Shown in pieces: positions 32,971-42,621 of a stretch of DNA of 64,000 bases (the first letter of the stretch is position 1; each line of letters begins with the position of its first letter). The stretch comes from an uncultured Actinomycetes bacterium (GTDB lineage Bacteria; Actinomycetota; UBA4738; JBBDTT01), in assembly GCA_963742735.1 (NCBI GenBank), contig CAVUMN010000004.1, positions 1,440,001 through 1,504,000 of the forward strand, given 5' to 3'. A model generated the notes under the pieces. The model was not told the origin of the DNA. It was given only the letters and a program-made list of their open reading frames with translations, and ran no database searches. The position numbers were made by a program, and so were the translations under genes.

Positions 32971-35900
32971 ATGGCGAAGGCTAAGAAGAGTCTGTGGGCC
33001 GTGCTGGTGGCCGTCGTTGCGATCGTCGCGGTCATCGCCGCCTTCCTCGTTTTCGGCGGTACCGAGAAGGCCGCCGCCAAGCAGTTCGCCACGCTGGAGG
33101 TCCTCGATGGCGGCGTCAACGTCAGCAAGGCGGGCGGCGCCTTTCAGGAAGGCGCCGATGGCCAGTCCCTGTCCGCAGGTGACGTCGTCCGAACGAACTC
33201 CGAGGGTCTTGCCGAGCTCGTCTACTTCGACGAGTCACTGACCCGGATCGGCCCCGATACCGAGTTCAAGCTCACCGAGCTCGTGAGCGTCGACAACGCG
33301 ACCGACACGAAGCGGATCAAGGGGTCGCAGGGACGCGGCCGCACCTGGAACCGGGTCACCGAGCTCGCCGACACACAGAGCCGGTTCGAGATCGAGACCC
33401 CGGTCGCCACGGCCGCGGTCAAGGGGACGCTCTTCGCAACCGAGTGCGACTTCTTCGGTGACTGCACCTTCATCGCGATCGAGAACGTCATCGAGGTCTG
33501 TAACGCCCTCGATGAGTGCGTGACGCTCGAGGCGTTCGCGGTCGTGCTCGTGAACGCCGACGGGACATTCGGCGACGTCCAGCCGTTCGACACCCTGGCG
33601 CAGCTGGTTGAGGCCTACCCCTGGATCTCGACAAACGTCTGCGACATCGAGGAGATCCAGGAGTGTGTCGAGCCGCTTCCGCCCGAGGTTGACGTCAACG
33701 AGCCCAACCCGACTCCGCTGCCGCCGCCCGGCAACTCCGGCGAGACTCCCGGCGGCTCGGGCGACACCCCCGGCGGTGAGACGCCCGGCGGCGGCCCCGG
33801 ACCGACGACTCCGCCACCTCCGCCACCCGGACCGCAGCCGAACCACGACCCGATCGCATCCTTCTCCGCCTCGACGTTGACGGGCGGAGCGCCGCTGATC
33901 GTCTCGTTCATCGACACGTCCACCGATCCCGACGGTGACGCGCTCGAGCATTCGTGGTCCTTCGGCGACGGAACGTCCTCGACGCAGACCAACCCGATCC
34001 ACATCTTCAGCCTGGGTACCTGGACCGTGACCGAGACGGTCACCGATCCGTCGGGTGCGTCGGACTCGGCGACGCGGACCGTCACCGCACTCGACCTGAC
34101 GCCTCCCGCCGCGCCGACGATCACCGACGGACCCGATAGTCCGACGAACGAGACCGACGCGACCTTCACCTTCGTCGCCGGCGGCGGGGCCGCCACGACG
34201 GCCGCCGTGTTCACCGCGGTCCTCGCCGCGGCGGACGACACCGTCGGGTTCGAGTGTCGCGTCGCCCCAGCTGCTTTCGGACCATGCGACTCGCCGGCCG
34301 CGTTCGGCGGACTGCCGGCGGGCTCCCGTCTGTTCGAGGTCCGCGCGTTGGACGCCGCGGGGAATCGCTCGGCCCCCACTTCCTTCAACTGGGTGATCGA
34401 CCTGACCGCGCCGACGGCCTCCGTCGACTCCGGTCCCGACGACCCGACGACGTCGCACGATGCGACCTTCGCGGTCTCGTCGAACGACCCCACGGCATCG
34501 CTGACGTGCGTCCTCGATGGCGGCGCGCCCGCGGATTGCTCCGACGGTTCGATCAGCTACTCGGACCTGGACGTCGCCGACCACACCTTCTCCGTCGTCG
34601 CGCAGGACCCAGCGGGCAACACCTCTTCGCCGGCGACCTACAGCTGGACGGTCGTGGCGCCGAATCAGGCGCCGGTCTGTGACAACGACTCCGGCACGAC
34701 CGACGAGGACACTCAGCTGGCCGACTCCGTGTCCTGCTCCGACCCCGACGGCGGCTCGCTGACCTACGCCGAAGGCACCGGGCCTACCAATGGATCCCTG
34801 ACGCTCAACGCCGACGGCACCTTCACCTACGACCCGGACCCGAACTTCAGCGGCTCGGACTCCTTCACGTTCACCGCCTCCGACGGCGCGGCCACCTCGG
34901 GGCCGGCGACCTACTCGATCACCGTTGACCCCGCGAACGACGGGCCCACCTGTGAGAACGACTCCGGCACGACCGCAGAGGACACTCAGCTGGCCGACTC
35001 GGTGGTCTGCACCGACCCCGACGGCGACTCGCTGACCTACGCCGAAGGCACCGGGCCTACCAATGGATCCCTGACGCTCAACGCCGATGGGACCTTCACC
35101 TACGACCCGGACCCGAACTTCAGCGGCTCGGACTCCTTCACGTTCACCGCCTCCGACGGCGAGCTCACCTCTGATGCCGCGACCTACTCGATCACCGTCG
35201 ACTCGGTGAACGACGGGCCCACCTGTGAGAACGACTCCGGCACGACCACGGAGGACACTCAGCTGGCCGACTCGGTGGTCTGCACCGACCCCGACGGCGA
35301 CTCGCTGACCTACGCCGAGGGCACCGGGCCTACCAATGGATCCCTGACGCTCAACGCCGACGGCACCTTCACCTACGACCCGGACCCGAACTTCAGCGGC
35401 TCGGACTCCTTCACGTTCACCGCCTCCGACGGCGCGGCCACCTCGGGGCCGGCGACCTACTCGATCACCGTTGACCCCGCGAACGACGGGCCCACCTGTG
35501 AGAACGACTCCGGCACGACCGCAGAGGACACTCAGCTGGCCGACTCGGTGGTCTGCACCGACCCCGACGGCGACTCGCTGACCTACGCCGAAGGCACCGG
35601 GCCTACCAATGGATCCCTGACGCTCAACGCCGATGGGACCTTCACCTACGACCCGGACCCGAACTTCAGCGGCTCGGACTCCTTCACGTTCACCGCCTCC
35701 GACGGCGAGCTCACCTCTGATGCCGCGACCTACTCGATCACCGTCGACTCGGTGAACGACGGGCCGAGCTGTGAGAACGACTCCGGCACGACCGCAGAGG
35801 ACACCCAGCTGGCCGACTCGGTGGTCTGCACCGACCCCGACGGCGACTCGCTGACCTACGCCGAGGGCACCGGGCCGGCGAACGGATCCCTGACGCTCAA

Positions 35901-38658
35901 CGCCGATGGGACCTTCACCTACGACCCGGACCCGAACTTCAGCGGCTCTGACTCCTTCACGTTCACCGCCTCCGACGGCTCGGCCGCCTCCGACCCGGCT
36001 ACCTACTCGATCACGGTCACCGCCGCGAACGACGGGCCCACCTGTGAGAACGACTCCGGCACGACCGCAGAGGACACTCAGCTGGCCGACTCGGTGGTCT
36101 GCACCGACCCCGACGGCGACTCGCTGACCTACGCCGAAGGCACCGGGCCTACCAATGGATCCCTGACGCTCAACGCCGATGGGACCTTCACCTACGACCC
36201 GGACCCGAACTTCAGCGGCTCGGACTCCTTCACGTTCACCGCCTCCGACGGCGAGCTCACCTCTGATGCCGCGACCTACTCGATCACCGTCGACTCGGTG
36301 AACGACGGGCCCACCTGTGAGAACGACTCCGGCACGACCACGGAGGACACTCAGCTGGCCGACTCGGTGGTCTGCACCGACCCCGACGGCGACTCGCTGA
36401 CCTACGCCGAGGGTACCGGGCCTACCAATGGATCCCTGACGCTCAACGCCGACGGCACCTTCACCTACGACCCGGACCCGAACTTCAGCGGCTCGGACTC
36501 CTTCACGTTCACCGCCAGCGACGGCTCGGCCACCTCCGACCCGGCCACGTACTCGATCACGGTCACCGCCGCGAACGATGGACCCAGCTGCTCGAACGAC
36601 TCAGGCACGACCGACGAGGACACTCAGCTGGCCGACACCGTCGCCTGCTCCGACCCCGACGGCGACTCGCTGACCTACGCCGAGGGCACCGGGCCGGCGA
36701 ACGGGACCCTGGCCTTCAACGCCGACGGCACCTTCACCTACGACCCGGACCCGAACTTCAGCGGCTCGGACTCCTTCACGTTCACCGCCTCCGACGGCGC
36801 GGCCACCTCGGGGCCGGCGACCTACTCGATCACCGTTGACCCCGTGAACGACGCGCCGGTCTGTACGAGCGACTCGGGTTCGACGAATGAGGACACCCAG
36901 CTCACCGACACGGTGGTGTGCACCGACACTGAGGGCGACAGCCTCACGTACGCCGAGGCGAGTGAGGCCTCCAACGGCGAGGTGACCGTCAACGCCGACG
37001 GCACCTTCACCTACGACCCGGACCCGAACTTCAGCGGCTCGGACGCCTTCACGTTCACCGCCTCCGACGGCGCGGCCACGTCGTCCCCGGCCACGTACTC
37101 GATCACGGTCACCGCCGCGAACGATGGACCGAGCTGTGAGAACGACTCCGGCACGACCGGCGAGGACACGCAACTGGCCGACACCGTGGCCTGCACCGAC
37201 CCCGAGGGCGACTCGCTGACCTACGCCGAGGGGACCGGGCCGGCGAACGGATCCCTGACGCTCAACGCCGATGGGACCTTCACCTACGACCCGGACCCGA
37301 ACTTCAGCGGCTCGGACTCCTTCACGTTCACCGCCAGCGACGGCTCGGCCACCTCCGACCCGGCCACGTACTCGATCACGGTCACCGCCGCGAACGATGG
37401 ACCCAGCTGCTCGAACGACTCAGGCACGACCGACGAGGACACTCAGCTGGCCGACACCGTCGCCTGCTCCGACCCCGATGGCGACTCGCTGACCTACGCC
37501 GAGGGCACTGGGCCGGCGAACGGGACCCTGGCCTTCAACTCCGATGGGACCTTCACCTACGACCCGGACCCGAACTTCAGCGGCTCTGACGCCTTCACGT
37601 TCACCGCCTCCGACGGCGAGCTCACCTCTGATGCCGCGACCTACTCGATCACCGTCGACTCGGTGAACGACGGGCCGAGCTGTGAGAACGACTCAGGCAC
37701 GACCGACGAGGACACTCAGCTGGCCGACACCGTCGCCTGCTCCGACCCCGATGGCGACTCGCTGACCTACGCCGAGGGCACCGGGCCGGCGAACGGGACC
37801 CTGGCCTTCAACTCCGATGGGACCTTCACCTACGACCCGGACCCGAACTTCAGCGGCTCTGACTCCTTCACGTTCACCGCCTCCGACGGCTCGGCCGCCT
37901 CCGACCCGGCTACCTACTCGATCACGGTGACGGCCGACGAGGAGGCCACCCTGACGGTGAACAAGAGCGGCACCGGGACCGGCTCGGTCTCCGGTGACGG
38001 GATCACGTGCGGCGGCGACTGCACCGAGACCGCCGAGGTTGGCACCGTCTTCGTGCTGTCCGCCACCGCCGACTCTGGGTCCTCGTTCGACGGCTGGTCG
38101 GGGTGCGACTCCGTCGACGGCAACAGCTGCACGGTGACCCTTGCTTCCGGCGGGACCACGGTGACGGCGAGCTTCCTTGAGGAGACGAACTTCGCGCCGC
38201 AGTGCGAGAACATCGAGGACAGCGTTCGCAACACTCAGCCGAACGTGACGATCCAGGTTGGGAGGGCGTGCTCCGATCCCAACGAGGACGACACGCTTTC
38301 GATCCTGAGCTTCACGGAGCCTGAGAACGGCGATGTCATCGTGCAGGCCGGTGGGAGCATGAACATCAAGTACAACCCGGACGACTGCTTCGTGGGCACG
38401 GACGTGTTCACCGTCACGGTGACCGACGGCGAGCTCTCCACCACGCTGACGGTCTCGATCCAGGTGACGGGCGAGAGTTGTGAAACGGCGAGTACGTCCT
38501 TGGCGATCACGAGCGAGGAGCCCCGACCCCGGCGTTCGTCGGATCCATCGCCCACCCGGAGAGAGCGCACCCGCGAAACGCGGACGACGGACACGACTCG
38601 CGAGCGCGACACGCGCGACCGGACCCGGGAACGCGACGGAACCCACTTCGGGCGGTGA
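32971..38658 (+). CDS. Giant surface protein 3: TM + FecR-like + PKD + Ig + 12 cadherin-like repeats + InlB B-repeat-like
   Basis: FEIETPVATAAVKGTLF; WSFGDG; tandem NGSLTLNADGTFTYDPDPNFSGSDSFTFTASDG; TLTVNKSGTGTGSV..FDGWSGC. Confidence 0.87.
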   Translation: MAKAKKSLWAVLVAVVAIVAVIAAFLVFGGTEKAAAKQFATLEVLDGGVNVSKAGGAFQEGADGQSLSAGDVVRTNSEGLAELVYFDESLTRIGPDTEFKLTELVSVDNATDTKRIKGSQGRGRTWNRVTELADTQSRFEIETPVATAAVKGTLFATECDFFGDCTFIAIENVIEVCNALDECVTLEAFAVVLVNADGTFGDVQPFDTLAQLVEAYPWISTNVCDIEEIQECVEPLPPEVDVNEPNPTPLPPPGNSGETPGGSGDTPGGETPGGGPGPTTPPPPPPGPQPNHDPIASFSASTLTGGAPLIVSFIDTSTDPDGDALEHSWSFGDGTSSTQTNPIHIFSLGTWTVTETVTDPSGASDSATRTVTALDLTPPAAPTITDGPDSPTNETDATFTFVAGGGAATTAAVFTAVLAAADDTVGFECRVAPAAFGPCDSPAAFGGLPAGSRLFEVRALDAAGNRSAPTSFNWVIDLTAPTASVDSGPDDPTTSHDATFAVSSNDPTASLTCVLDGGAPADCSDGSISYSDLDVADHTFSVVAQDPAGNTSSPATYSWTVVAPNQAPVCDNDSGTTDEDTQLADSVSCSDPDGGSLTYAEGTGPTNGSLTLNADGTFTYDPDPNFSGSDSFTFTASDGAATSGPATYSITVDPANDGPTCENDSGTTAEDTQLADSVVCTDPDGDSLTYAEGTGPTNGSLTLNADGTFTYDPDPNFSGSDSFTFTASDGELTSDAATYSITVDSVNDGPTCENDSGTTTEDTQLADSVVCTDPDGDSLTYAEGTGPTNGSLTLNADGTFTYDPDPNFSGSDSFTFTASDGAATSGPATYSITVDPANDGPTCENDSGTTAEDTQLADSVVCTDPDGDSLTYAEGTGPTNGSLTLNADGTFTYDPDPNFSGSDSFTFTASDGELTSDAATYSITVDSVNDGPSCENDSGTTAEDTQLADSVVCTDPDGDSLTYAEGTGPANGSLTLNADGTFTYDPDPNFSGSDSFTFTASDGSAASDPATYSITVTAANDGPTCENDSGTTAEDTQLADSVVCTDPDGDSLTYAEGTGPTNGSLTLNADGTFTYDPDPNFSGSDSFTFTASDGELTSDAATYSITVDSVNDGPTCENDSGTTTEDTQLADSVVCTDPDGDSLTYAEGTGPTNGSLTLNADGTFTYDPDPNFSGSDSFTFTASDGSATSDPATYSITVTAANDGPSCSNDSGTTDEDTQLADTVACSDPDGDSLTYAEGTGPANGTLAFNADGTFTYDPDPNFSGSDSFTFTASDGAATSGPATYSITVDPVNDAPVCTSDSGSTNEDTQLTDTVVCTDTEGDSLTYAEASEASNGEVTVNADGTFTYDPDPNFSGSDAFTFTASDGAATSSPATYSITVTAANDGPSCENDSGTTGEDTQLADTVACTDPEGDSLTYAEGTGPANGSLTLNADGTFTYDPDPNFSGSDSFTFTASDGSATSDPATYSITVTAANDGPSCSNDSGTTDEDTQLADTVACSDPDGDSLTYAEGTGPANGTLAFNSDGTFTYDPDPNFSGSDAFTFTASDGELTSDAATYSITVDSVNDGPSCENDSGTTDEDTQLADTVACSDPDGDSLTYAEGTGPANGTLAFNSDGTFTYDPDPNFSGSDSFTFTASDGSAASDPATYSITVTADEEATLTVNKSGTGTGSVSGDGITCGGDCTETAEVGTVFVLSATADSGSSFDGWSGCDSVDGNSCTVTLASGGTTVTASFLEETNFAPQCENIEDSVRNTQPNVTIQVGRACSDPNEDDTLSILSFTEPENGDVIVQAGGSMNIKYNPDDCFVGTDVFTVTVTDGELSTTLTVSIQVTGESCETASTSLAITSEEPRPRRSSDPSPTRRERTRETRTTDTTRERDTRDRTRERDGTHFGR
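34660..37935 (+). repeat. 12 tandem 273-bp (91-aa) coding repeats
   Basis: First-Cys codons at 34678, 34951, 35224 (period 273); 12 units counted in the translation. Confidence 0.92.
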
Positions 38659-38711
38659 CCCGGGGACTGTGACCCGGCTCGACGCGACGGACCTCGCGTG
38701 AGCACCAGCTC

Positions 38712-40691
38712 ATGAAGCGCTCGCCCCTGTTCCGCATCGCCGTTTCGATCGTGATCGCCGGCCTCGTCACGCTCGGCTCCTGGGCGGGCCTCGACGCCAA
38801 CATCTTCGGCGGCTCGCAGCTGCGCTTCGCGGACGCCCTGTTCCCCGCGACCGACGCCGACACCCGCGTGGTGGTCGTCGGGATCGATGACGCGAGCCAG
38901 ACCGAGCTCGGCCAGTGGCCGTTCCCGCGCCGGGTCCACGCCCGGATCGTCGACAACCTCTCCCGCGCGGGCGCGAACGTCATCGTCTACGACGTCGTGT
39001 TCGACCCGGGCACCCCCAATGACGCCGCGTTCGCGGCCTCGATCAAGGACGCCGGCAACGTCATCCTCGCGGCGGCGGCCGAGTTCCCGCCCGGAAAGCC
39101 CGAGGGCAACCTCCTGGTCGCGGATCAGTTCGTGCCGCCGGTTCCCGAGCTCGCCGAGCCGGCGCTCGCCGTGGCCCACGCCAACGTGACCCCCGACGCC
39201 GACCAGACCGTCCGCGCCATCCCCCTCGTCATCGACGTGGGAGGCGAGCTGGTGCCGTCGCTGTCGCTCCAGGCCCTGATGACCATGGAGGGCCTCGAGG
39301 GGCCCCTGACCCTTCGCAAGGAGGCCCTGCAGGTCGGCGACACGACCATCCCGGTGGGCGAGGGCCAGATCATGGACCTGAACTTCGCCGACGAGCTGAA
39401 GTTCGAGCCGGACCTCTCGGCGGGGCAGGTCTACAACAACGAGTTCGATCCCGAGGCGGTGACCGGCAAGACCATCTTCATCGGGACCACCGACTTCACC
39501 CTGCGCGATACCCGCATCACGCCGATCGGAGAGATCCCCGGGGTGTTCGTCCACGCCAACGCGCTCAACACCATGCTGCGCGGCGCGTTCATCGAGCCGG
39601 CCTCGCTCGGCACGAACCTCCTGGCCGTGTTCGTCCTTGCCTTCGCGATCGCGATCATCGTCCAGTTCCTGCCGATGACCCTGTCGTGGATCGCCGCGGT
39701 GGCCCTGGGCGTCGTCTACATCCTGTTCGTGTTCTCGAGGGCCGACAACGGCACCGTGATGAACTTCGTGTACCCGAACGGCGCCATCGGCTTCGGCTTC
39801 GTCGCGTCCCTCGGCGTGAAGTACTTCACCGAGGTCCGAGAGCGCCGGCGCGTAACCCAGACGTTCGGGCGGTACCTGTCCAAGGACGTGGTCGCGGAGG
39901 TCCTGTCCGCCCCCGAGGGGGCGGTCGCCACGCTGAAGGGAGCCATGCGTCCGCTCTCGGTCCTGTTCGCCGACCTCCGCGGGTTCACGGCCGCCTCCGA
40001 GAACGCCCTGCCGGGGGACGTCGTCACCGCACTCAACATCTACCTGGACGCCATGACCCGTGCCGTGGTCGAGGAGAAGGGGACCATCGACAAGTTCATG
40101 GGTGACTGCGTGATGGCGTTCTGGGGCGCGCCGAAGCCCGACGCCGACTACGTGAACCGCGCGGTCCGCGCCGGCATGCGGATGCTCGACTACATCGACG
40201 AGGCCGTGGCGACGCGCGAGGAGATCCAGCTGCTGAAGGTCAAGGGGTGCGGCGTGGGGATCTCCGCGGGGATGGCCGTGGTCGGCAACATCGGCTCGCA
40301 CGAGCGCCTGGACTACACGGCCATCGGCGACACCGTGAACACCGCCAGCCGGCTGTGCGGAGTGGCCGGCGCCGGCGAGGTCGTGGTGACCGAGGACGCC
40401 GCCGCGTTCCTGGACGAGGCGACCTTCCGGATGGCCGCGCTCCCGCCCCTGCTGGTGAAGGGCAAGGTCGAGCCGCTGCACGTCTTCCAGGTCCTGCGCG
40501 AGGGCCAGGAGGCGAAGGTGTTCGCCGAGGGCGAGACCATCGACACCGCCGAGGAGAAGGGCCATTTCGAGCCGGACCTCAAGGCCGTTCCCGAGCCCCC
40601 GAAGGCCGCCGGCTACGCACCCGTGGAGCCCGCCTCCACGAAGCCGGACGGCGCCGTGATCAGCCCCCAGGAGAAGGAACCGGCCGAGTAA
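38712..40691 (+). CDS. CHASE2-domain class III adenylate cyclase
   Basis: VVVGIDDAS..LGQWPFPR, YDVVF, PGVFVHANAL (CHASE2), TM cluster; catalytic LFADLRGFT, DKFMGDCVMAFW, DYTAIGDTVNTASRL (Lys/Thr specificity residues indicate ATP). Confidence 0.93.
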   Translation: MKRSPLFRIAVSIVIAGLVTLGSWAGLDANIFGGSQLRFADALFPATDADTRVVVVGIDDASQTELGQWPFPRRVHARIVDNLSRAGANVIVYDVVFDPGTPNDAAFAASIKDAGNVILAAAAEFPPGKPEGNLLVADQFVPPVPELAEPALAVAHANVTPDADQTVRAIPLVIDVGGELVPSLSLQALMTMEGLEGPLTLRKEALQVGDTTIPVGEGQIMDLNFADELKFEPDLSAGQVYNNEFDPEAVTGKTIFIGTTDFTLRDTRITPIGEIPGVFVHANALNTMLRGAFIEPASLGTNLLAVFVLAFAIAIIVQFLPMTLSWIAAVALGVVYILFVFSRADNGTVMNFVYPNGAIGFGFVASLGVKYFTEVRERRRVTQTFGRYLSKDVVAEVLSAPEGAVATLKGAMRPLSVLFADLRGFTAASENALPGDVVTALNIYLDAMTRAVVEEKGTIDKFMGDCVMAFWGAPKPDADYVNRAVRAGMRMLDYIDEAVATREEIQLLKVKGCGVGISAGMAVVGNIGSHERLDYTAIGDTVNTASRLCGVAGAGEVVVTEDAAAFLDEATFRMAALPPLLVKGKVEPLHVFQVLREGQEAKVFAEGETIDTAEEKGHFEPDLKAVPEPPKAAGYAPVEPASTKPDGAVISPQEKEPAE

Positions 40692-40734
40692 ACTTCCGCG
40701 GTACAGGCCTTCCCCCCGACCAGAGACGAGGCCC

Positions 40735-41598
40735 ATGGCCGAGGCACGCACCATCGACGCGGACAGGGAGGCGCAGGTCGAGCGCCTCAAGGACGTCGCC
40801 CGCGAGCTGCGCGTCACCGACATCGAGATGCTCACCGAGGCCGGCTCGGGCCACCCCGGCGGAACCCTCTCCGCGGCCGACCTGGTCGCGGCCCTCTACT
40901 TCTACAAGCTGCGCCTGCGGCCGGAGGAGCCGGCCTGGCCCGACCGGGACCGGTTCATCCTGTCGAAGGGCCACTGCATCCCGATCGTCTACGCGGCCAT
41001 GGCCAAGCTCGGGTTCTTCGAGGAGAAGCTCCTGATGACCCTGCGCAAGCTGGGCTCGCCTCTGCAGGGCCACCCCGACCGGACCCGCCTGCCGGGGATC
41101 GAGGCCTCGACGGGCTCGCTCGGGCAGGGCCTGTCCGTGGCGGTGGGGATGGCGATCGCGGCCAAGCTCGACAAGGCCAGCTGGCGCGTCTACTGCATGC
41201 TCGGCGACGGCGAGGTCCAGGGCGGCCCGGTGTGGGAGGCGTCGATGCTCGCGGGCTACCGCAAGCTCGACAACCTGTGCGGGATCCTGGACGCCAACCA
41301 GGTCCAGCAGACCGGCAAGGTCACGGATCGGCTGGACATCGAGCCGACCGTCGCCAAGTGGCGCGCGTTCAACTGGCACGTTCGCGAGATCGACGGGCAC
41401 GACATGGCCGAGATCGTCGACGCGCTCGACGAGGCCGAGGTCGTGGCCGACCGGCCGACGATGATCGTGGCCCGGACCGTGAAGGGGAAGGGCGTGTCCT
41501 GGATGGAGCTCAACTCGAGCTGGCACGGCAAGGCCCCGAACCCCGAGGAAGCCAAGAAGGCCATCGCCGAGCTCCGTGGCGAGGCAGGTGAGGCCTGA
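40735..41598 (+). CDS. Transketolase N-terminal subunit
   Basis: GSGHPGG, DRFILSKGH, TGSLGQG, GDGE, WHG. Confidence 0.92.
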   Translation: MAEARTIDADREAQVERLKDVARELRVTDIEMLTEAGSGHPGGTLSAADLVAALYFYKLRLRPEEPAWPDRDRFILSKGHCIPIVYAAMAKLGFFEEKLLMTLRKLGSPLQGHPDRTRLPGIEASTGSLGQGLSVAVGMAIAAKLDKASWRVYCMLGDGEVQGGPVWEASMLAGYRKLDNLCGILDANQVQQTGKVTDRLDIEPTVAKWRAFNWHVREIDGHDMAEIVDALDEAEVVADRPTMIVARTVKGKGVSWMELNSSWHGKAPNPEEAKKAIAELRGEAGEA

Positions 41599-42545
41599 TG
41601 GCCGGCGGCGGCAGCGGCGCCACCCGCGACGCGTGGGGCCAGGCCATCGCCCGCGTCGGCGCCGACGAGCGGATGGTCGTGCTGGCGGGCGACCTGCGCG
41701 ACTCCACCAAGGTGGAGGGGTTCATCGAGAAGTATCCCGAGCGCTACGTGGAGTGCGGCATCGCCGAGATGAACATGATCGGGGTCGCCTCGGGCCTGGC
41801 CCTGTCCGGGAAGGTCCCGTGGGCCTGCTCGTTCTCCGCGTTCGTGACCGGACGCATGGAGATCATCCGGGTGAGCGTGTCCTACCAGGAGGCGAACGTC
41901 CGCCTGGTCGGCACCCACTGCGGCGTCGGGGTGGGGGAGGACGGCTACTCGCAGATGGCGCTGCAGGACATCGCCGAGATCCGCTCGCTGCCGAACGTGG
42001 CCATCGTCCAGCCCGCCGACGCCGTCGAGACCGAACGGGCCGTCGAGTACCTGGCCGAGCACCAGGGGCCGGCGTTCCTGCGCCTGACCCGCCAGAAGGT
42101 CGACGACGTCCACGACGACGGCTACACGTTCGCCTTCGGCCGGGCCGACCGGCTCCGCGACGGGGACGACGTGGCGCTGATCGGCACGGGGGCGACCGTC
42201 GGGGAGTGCATGAAGGCCGCCGAGGTCCTGGAGGGCCGGGGCATCTCCGCGCGCGTGGTCAACATCCACACGATCAAGCCGCTCGACGAGGAGGCCATCC
42301 TGGACACGGCCTCGGCGTGCTCGGCGATCGTCACGGTCGAGGACCACGGCATCTGGGGCGGCCTGGGTGGCGCGGTGGCCGAGGTCCTGGCGGCGGCGCC
42401 CGAGAACGGCTCGCGGGCGCGGCTGCACATCATCGGTGTGCGCGGCTTCGGCGAGTCCGGCACGTCCGAGGAGCTCTACGAGCTGCACGGCCTGTCCGGC
42501 GCCCGCGTCGCCGACCAGACCGAGGCGTTCCTGAAGGGCATCTGA
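41598..42545 (+). CDS. Transketolase C-terminal subunit
   Basis: GIAEMNM, GEDGYSQ, TIKPLD, VEDH..GGLG. Confidence 0.9.
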   Translation: MAGGGSGATRDAWGQAIARVGADERMVVLAGDLRDSTKVEGFIEKYPERYVECGIAEMNMIGVASGLALSGKVPWACSFSAFVTGRMEIIRVSVSYQEANVRLVGTHCGVGVGEDGYSQMALQDIAEIRSLPNVAIVQPADAVETERAVEYLAEHQGPAFLRLTRQKVDDVHDDGYTFAFGRADRLRDGDDVALIGTGATVGECMKAAEVLEGRGISARVVNIHTIKPLDEEAILDTASACSAIVTVEDHGIWGGLGGAVAEVLAAAPENGSRARLHIIGVRGFGESGTSEELYELHGLSGARVADQTEAFLKGI

Positions 42546-42551
42546 CCGCCT

Positions 42552-42567
42552 TGTGAGGTCGGTCACA
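42552..42567 (+). promoter_or_regulatory. Perfect CRP/GlxR consensus box upstream of patatin-ABC operon
   Basis: TGTGA-GGTCGG-TCACA; candidate -10 CATACT at 42606-42611. Confidence 0.8.
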
Positions 42568-42621
42568 CTCGGGGCCTGGTCTAGTTTCGGGAGGGTCGAA
42601 GCGCGCATACTTCGCAAGGTG

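Noticed and set aside
34660-37935. CRISPR array or diversity-generating retroelement
   Set aside because: Repeats are in-frame 273-bp coding units without spacers; no cas or reverse transcriptase gene, and no adenine-specific variation noticed
38668-38683. CRP box before the cyclase gene
   Set aside because: TGTGA-N6-TCGAC has only one good half-site
40735-42545. Transketolase as part of the cAMP system
   Set aside because: Ordinary split transketolase with no CRP box or cNMP domain; probably a bystander, though it lies within the block
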